A stretch of DNA of 8,601 bases from a virus (lineage: Duplodnaviria > Heunggongvirae > Uroviricota > Caudoviricetes): the IMG/VR virus record IMGVR_UViG_2700989489_000020; one strand, 5' to 3'. Each line of letters starts with the position of its first letter. Position 1 is the stretch's first letter. Of the stretch, positions 6,894 to 8,601 are shown in pieces. The notes below the pieces were generated by a model. The model had not been told where the DNA came from. It saw nothing but the letters and a program-made list of their open reading frames with translations, and searched no databases. Position numbers and translations under genes: made by a program.

Positions 6894-6969
6894 ATCGAAC
6901 CCCTTAGATTTTCCTAAGGAAACTAGATCGTAGAGAAACCTAAGTCAAGAAAAATTAGAATTACCTAAT
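6894..6969. promoter_or_regulatory. Divergent control region with three 16-bp dyad operators and two back-to-back promoters
   Basis: Operators of form YTTAG-N6-CTAAR: CTTAGATTTTCCTAAG (6903-6918), CGTAGAGAAACCTAAG (6929-6944), ATTAGAATTACCTAAT (6954-6969), spaced 25-26 bp. Minus-strand promoter: TTGACT (plus 6943-6948), 17 bp, TAGTTT. Plus-strand -10 TAGAAT (6956-6961) ends 8 nt before the repressor ATG, with a poor -35. Confidence 0.6.
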
Positions 6970-7377
6970 ATGAAAAACGAAACCTTCGGTGCTCGCCTCT
7001 TATACAGGCGAAAAAAATTAAAACTGTCTCAGGCCGCATTAGGTAAGCTGGTCAAAGTGGCTCACGTAACAATTTCTCAATGGGAAAGAGATGAAACACA
7101 GCCAGCGGGGAAGAGATTATTCGCACTGAGCCAGGCGCTTCAGTGCTCGCCGACTTGGCTTCTTTTTGGAGATGAAGATAAGCAACCAGGCGAACCGATC
7201 CCAGATAATCAGCCAGTCAATCTGACAGAAGATCAAAAAGAGTTGCTTCAACTGTTCGACGCACTGCCTGAGTCAGAGCAAAAGGCTCTGTTGTCAGAGA
7301 TGCGTGCTCGAGTTGAGAATTTCAACAAACTTTTTGAAGAACTACTCAAAGCTCGCAAAAGAAGCGCAAATAAATAA
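6970..7377 (+). CDS. CI-like prophage repressor, XRE-family HTH, no S24 peptidase domain
   Basis: 135 aa. HTH in LSQAALGKLVKVAHVTISQWERDE. Too short for a LexA-like autocleavage domain and no such motif seen. No Shine-Dalgarno; apparently leaderless. Confidence 0.85.
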   Translation: MKNETFGARLLYRRKKLKLSQAALGKLVKVAHVTISQWERDETQPAGKRLFALSQALQCSPTWLLFGDEDKQPGEPIPDNQPVNLTEDQKELLQLFDALPESEQKALLSEMRARVENFNKLFEELLKARKRSANK

Positions 7378-7410
7378 CCCCCCTTTTTTTCGCAACTCTC
7401 TGTAATAAAA

Positions 7411-7440
7411 AGCACAAACTTTCAAATACTTGTGTTTTTT
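7411..7440 (+). terminator. Weak candidate terminator after the repressor gene
   Basis: AGCACAA pairs with UUGUGUU (one G-U), 12-nt loop, then UUUU. Large loop makes it weak. Confidence 0.3.
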
Positions 7441-7451
7441 ACATCAAGAAG

Positions 7452-7505
7452 CTTAGGTTTTTCTACACAAAAAGCTTGACCATAACTCTTAGGCTATTCT
7501 AAATT
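7452..7505 (+). promoter_or_regulatory. Putative PL-like promoter with two operator-like sites
   Basis: CTTAGGTTTTTCTACA (7452-7467) and CTTAGGCTATTCTAAA (7488-7503) share the half-site and N6 spacing of the 6903-6969 operators. -35 TTGACC (7476-7481), 18-bp spacer, -10 TAAATT (7500-7505). Confidence 0.45.
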
Positions 7506-7584
7506 CTACTCATCAAGACACCGCACGGTGTTCTCAGCAAACAGTTCCGCTACCCGGCGTTAAGGGGAAGCAGAGGATTTCTCA

Positions 7585-7941
7585 GTGGGCGAAGTCAAAC
7601 ATCAGAATGGAAGGCGTCCAGGGATCAGCAAAGAAACAGCGATGGCGCTTTATATTGATATCAGCGCCATTGCCGGACAGGTAAGAGTTATCAGAGCGGT
7701 AACTAAGCGGTATGCGCCTTTACTTCAGAAAGTCTCTGGTGAGTGCACCGAAGATATTGTCAACGATTTCGTCATCGAACTGCGAGGACTCATCTTCAGT
7801 TACAAGGTGACCACAATTTTTGCAGATGGCTCCCGCGAAACTGTCAGAGCCCTGCGGCTTAAAGGATGTGTCAAAGACTTAGCCACCACATTCTGGGCAA
7901 GAAAACTTGATTGTATTCATAACCAATTTCCTCTCGAGTAA
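7585..7941 (+). CDS. Hypothetical protein, first gene of the left operon (118 aa from GTG; alternative ATG at 7642)
   Basis: ORF track. GAGGA 7 nt upstream of the GTG at 7585. No recognisable family; no N-like arginine-rich motif. Confidence 0.5.
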   Translation: MGEVKHQNGRRPGISKETAMALYIDISAIAGQVRVIRAVTKRYAPLLQKVSGECTEDIVNDFVIELRGLIFSYKVTTIFADGSRETVRALRLKGCVKDLATTFWARKLDCIHNQFPLE

Positions 7942-8013
7942 CAGACCCCTCAGAGGATACCACCTCGCCTGACGTGGTTAAAAAGCAGGCAACGCTAACC
8001 ACAAGGAGCCGAC

Positions 8014-8232
8014 ATGCAGAAACGAGACCCCGTCATCATCGCGCCAGACTATACCGATGATGAACTTTATGAGTGGATGCACCAGAAAATTAAGGCGGTG
8101 CAGGACCTGAAATGGGCCAATGAAGCCAGGGCTAAGCAGGCTGAAAATCTGTCCGCTCTGGAGCAGGATATCACCAATCTGGAAAAAGCAGCGGCATTAA
8201 GCATTGCCAGAATGATTACATACCCACGTTAA
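8014..8232 (+). CDS. Hypothetical small protein (72 aa)
   Basis: ORF track. AAGGAG 7 nt upstream of the ATG. Predicted helical, acidic N-terminus. Function unknown. Confidence 0.55.
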   Translation: MQKRDPVIIAPDYTDDELYEWMHQKIKAVQDLKWANEARAKQAENLSALEQDITNLEKAAALSIARMITYPR

Positions 8233-8254
8233 TAGCTAACCAACGAGGCTAATA

Positions 8255-8521
8255 ATGGAATTTAAAGATTTACCAACGCCATTACAGGAAATGGCATCGA
8301 ATATAGTTCGTTCACAACTGGCTACTCTTGACCTTAGTACCGCAGAAAAAGAAACCATCGATAATATGGTTCGTAATGTGCGCAATGCTTTTTCTGGGCT
8401 ATATGGTTCTGATAATCAAAAGCAGGAAAGCGATGTTAATAAACGGGTAATTTCTGTTTGCGTGAATGGCCATGTGAGGTGTACTGGCAATAGCGGACAC
8501 TACCATTTGTTCTTTTTTTAA
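8255..8521 (+). CDS. Hypothetical protein (88 aa as read); 3' end probably replaced by IS-derived sequence from about 8480
   Basis: ORF track. GAGG 8 nt upstream. Last ~13 codons lie inside the inferred IS terminal repeat. Confidence 0.5.
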   Translation: MEFKDLPTPLQEMASNIVRSQLATLDLSTAEKETIDNMVRNVRNAFSGLYGSDNQKQESDVNKRVISVCVNGHVRCTGNSGHYHLFFF

Positions 8522-8601
8522 GCAGCCATCTGATGATATTTTTCCCTGAAGGCTGCCGGGGAGATATTCCCCAGACGAGAGTGACGACGCTGACGATTGT
8601 A
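8480..8601 (-). mobile_element. Right end of an IS3-family insertion sequence (terminal repeat plus transposase 3' end); element continues past the window
   Basis: Plus strand from 8480 reads TGTACTGGCAATAGCGGACAC, resembling the IS3 terminal repeat as I recall it (TG..GCAATAGTGGACAC). Transposase stop lies 38 bp inside that end. Confidence 0.55.
8518..8601 (-). CDS. IS3-family transposase (OrfB-type), C-terminal 27 codons only
   Basis: Minus-strand translation YNRQRRHSRLGNISPAAFREKYHQMAA-stop, matching the conserved C-terminal pattern of IS3-family transposases (compare IS3 ...[24 protein letters not shown], from memory). Confidence 0.65.
   Translation of the reverse strand, partial: YNRQRRHSRLGNISPAAFREKYHQMAA

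Noticed and set aside
3846-6917. Plus-strand ORFs opposite the replication operon (3846..4070, 3901..4149, 4091..4291, 4364..4558, 4465..4896, 4799..5209, 4893..5243, 4954..5196, 5329..5532, 5529..5762, 5567..5800, 5867..6331, 5928..6134, 6225..6515, 6555..6917)
   Set aside because: All antisense to strongly supported minus-strand genes with recognisable families and good RBSs; several are low-complexity Ser/Pro/Arg-rich translations typical of shadow frames.
7585-7941. First left-operon gene considered as an N-type antiterminator
   Set aside because: No arginine-rich N-terminal motif and no boxA/boxB nut site recognised; the ACACC-GCAC-GGTGT hairpin at 7540-7553 has no boxA partner.

Overview
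This window reads as the early/regulatory core of a lambdoid enterobacterial prophage, mosaic between Qin-, Rac- and lambda-like modules. A short divergent control region (6894-6969) separates a plus-strand CI-like HTH repressor from a minus-strand rightward operon: Cro-like, YdaT-like (cII position), O-like replication initiator with in-gene iterons, lambda P-like helicase loader, a winged-helix DUF1627-like gene that appears frameshifted, a decayed stretch, an AT-rich orphan periplasmic substrate-binding protein gene, a hok type I toxin with terminator, a small ORF, and a DUF968-like gene running off the window start. On the plus strand the repressor is followed by a putative PL-like promoter, three small unrecognised ORFs, and the 3' end of an IS3-family element at the window edge. 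All calls rest on reading the sequence and the ORF track and on recalled protein families; no database search was run. The most noteworthy items are the three-operator switch, the iteron origin, the orphan binding-protein moron beside hok, and the uncharacterised left-operon cassette cut by the IS.
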